DNA of 56,485 nucleotides from a virus (lineage: Duplodnaviria > Caudoviricetes): IMG/VR virus record IMGVR_UViG_3300011440_000004, positions 1-56,485 of that record; one strand, given 5' to 3'. Numbering within the stretch: the first letter of the stretch is position 1; the number at the start of each line of letters is the position of its first letter. Shown piece by piece: positions 56,381-56,485 of the stretch. The position numbers and the translations under genes were made by a program. The notes under the pieces were generated by a model. That model saw only the letters and a list, made by a program, of their open reading frames with translations. It did not search any database and was not told the DNA's origin.

Positions 56381-56485
56381 CCGGGCCACGTCGCGCAGTC
56401 CCCGTTGCGCATGTGCATGTTCGGCCGGCCGTTCTCGTCTCGGTAACACCACGGCCCGCGGCCCATGTCGTCGAGCACGATCACA
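56377..56485 (-). pseudogene. C-terminal part of the SLT-like gene beyond the TAG, across the circular junction
   Basis: IIPDPWTSMLAFVIVLDDMGRGPWCY...WPG-stop; this stop overlaps the next ATG. Confidence 0.55.
56460..56485. repeat. Terminal direct repeat (right copy)
   Basis: Identical to 1-26. Confidence 0.9.

Noticed and set aside
56460-56485. Biological terminal repeat or att site
   Set aside because: Falls mid-gene and is best explained as assembly overlap
1-56485. tRNA, rRNA, IS element, reverse transcriptase/DGR
   Set aside because: No such motifs recognised; the 45-bp repeat is exact, with no adenine-specific mismatches

Overview
The window is an apparently complete, circularly permuted genome of a high-GC siphophage, most likely of Actinomycetota; bases 1-26 recur at 56460-56485. 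Essentially all real genes are on the minus strand and are often coupled by ATGA/GTGA/TGATG overlaps; the long plus-strand ORFs are shadows. Modules, in transcription order (high to low coordinate): RusA, HNH-like and many small genes; ParB-fused and DPPY-type DNA methyltransferases; terminase small and large subunits; portal plus MuF-like head protein (apparently joined by a -1 frameshift); capsid protease, major capsid, structural and fibre genes; major tail; a glycosyltransferase/FkbM/C5-methyltransferase island; tail chaperones (-1 frameshift), tape measure and minor tails; lysis cassette; Gam-like, AAA ATPase, replication initiator with iterons, DnaC-like loader. I found no integrase, tRNA or CRISPR array. 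The main unexplained structures are: (1) seven dispersed copies of a ~48-bp cassette (-35 TTGCnn / palindromic AACCnnGGTT / -10 TAnnnT / RTGGCAGATACC) that gives six unrelated, apparently leaderless genes the N-terminus MADT; (2) several arrays of the 8-mer GACGYGTC at an exact 24-bp period with unique 16-nt spacers, in-frame within unrelated genes and near late-gene promoters; (3) a 45-bp exact duplication that appears to break a gene. All functional calls come from motif recognition only; no database searches were run.
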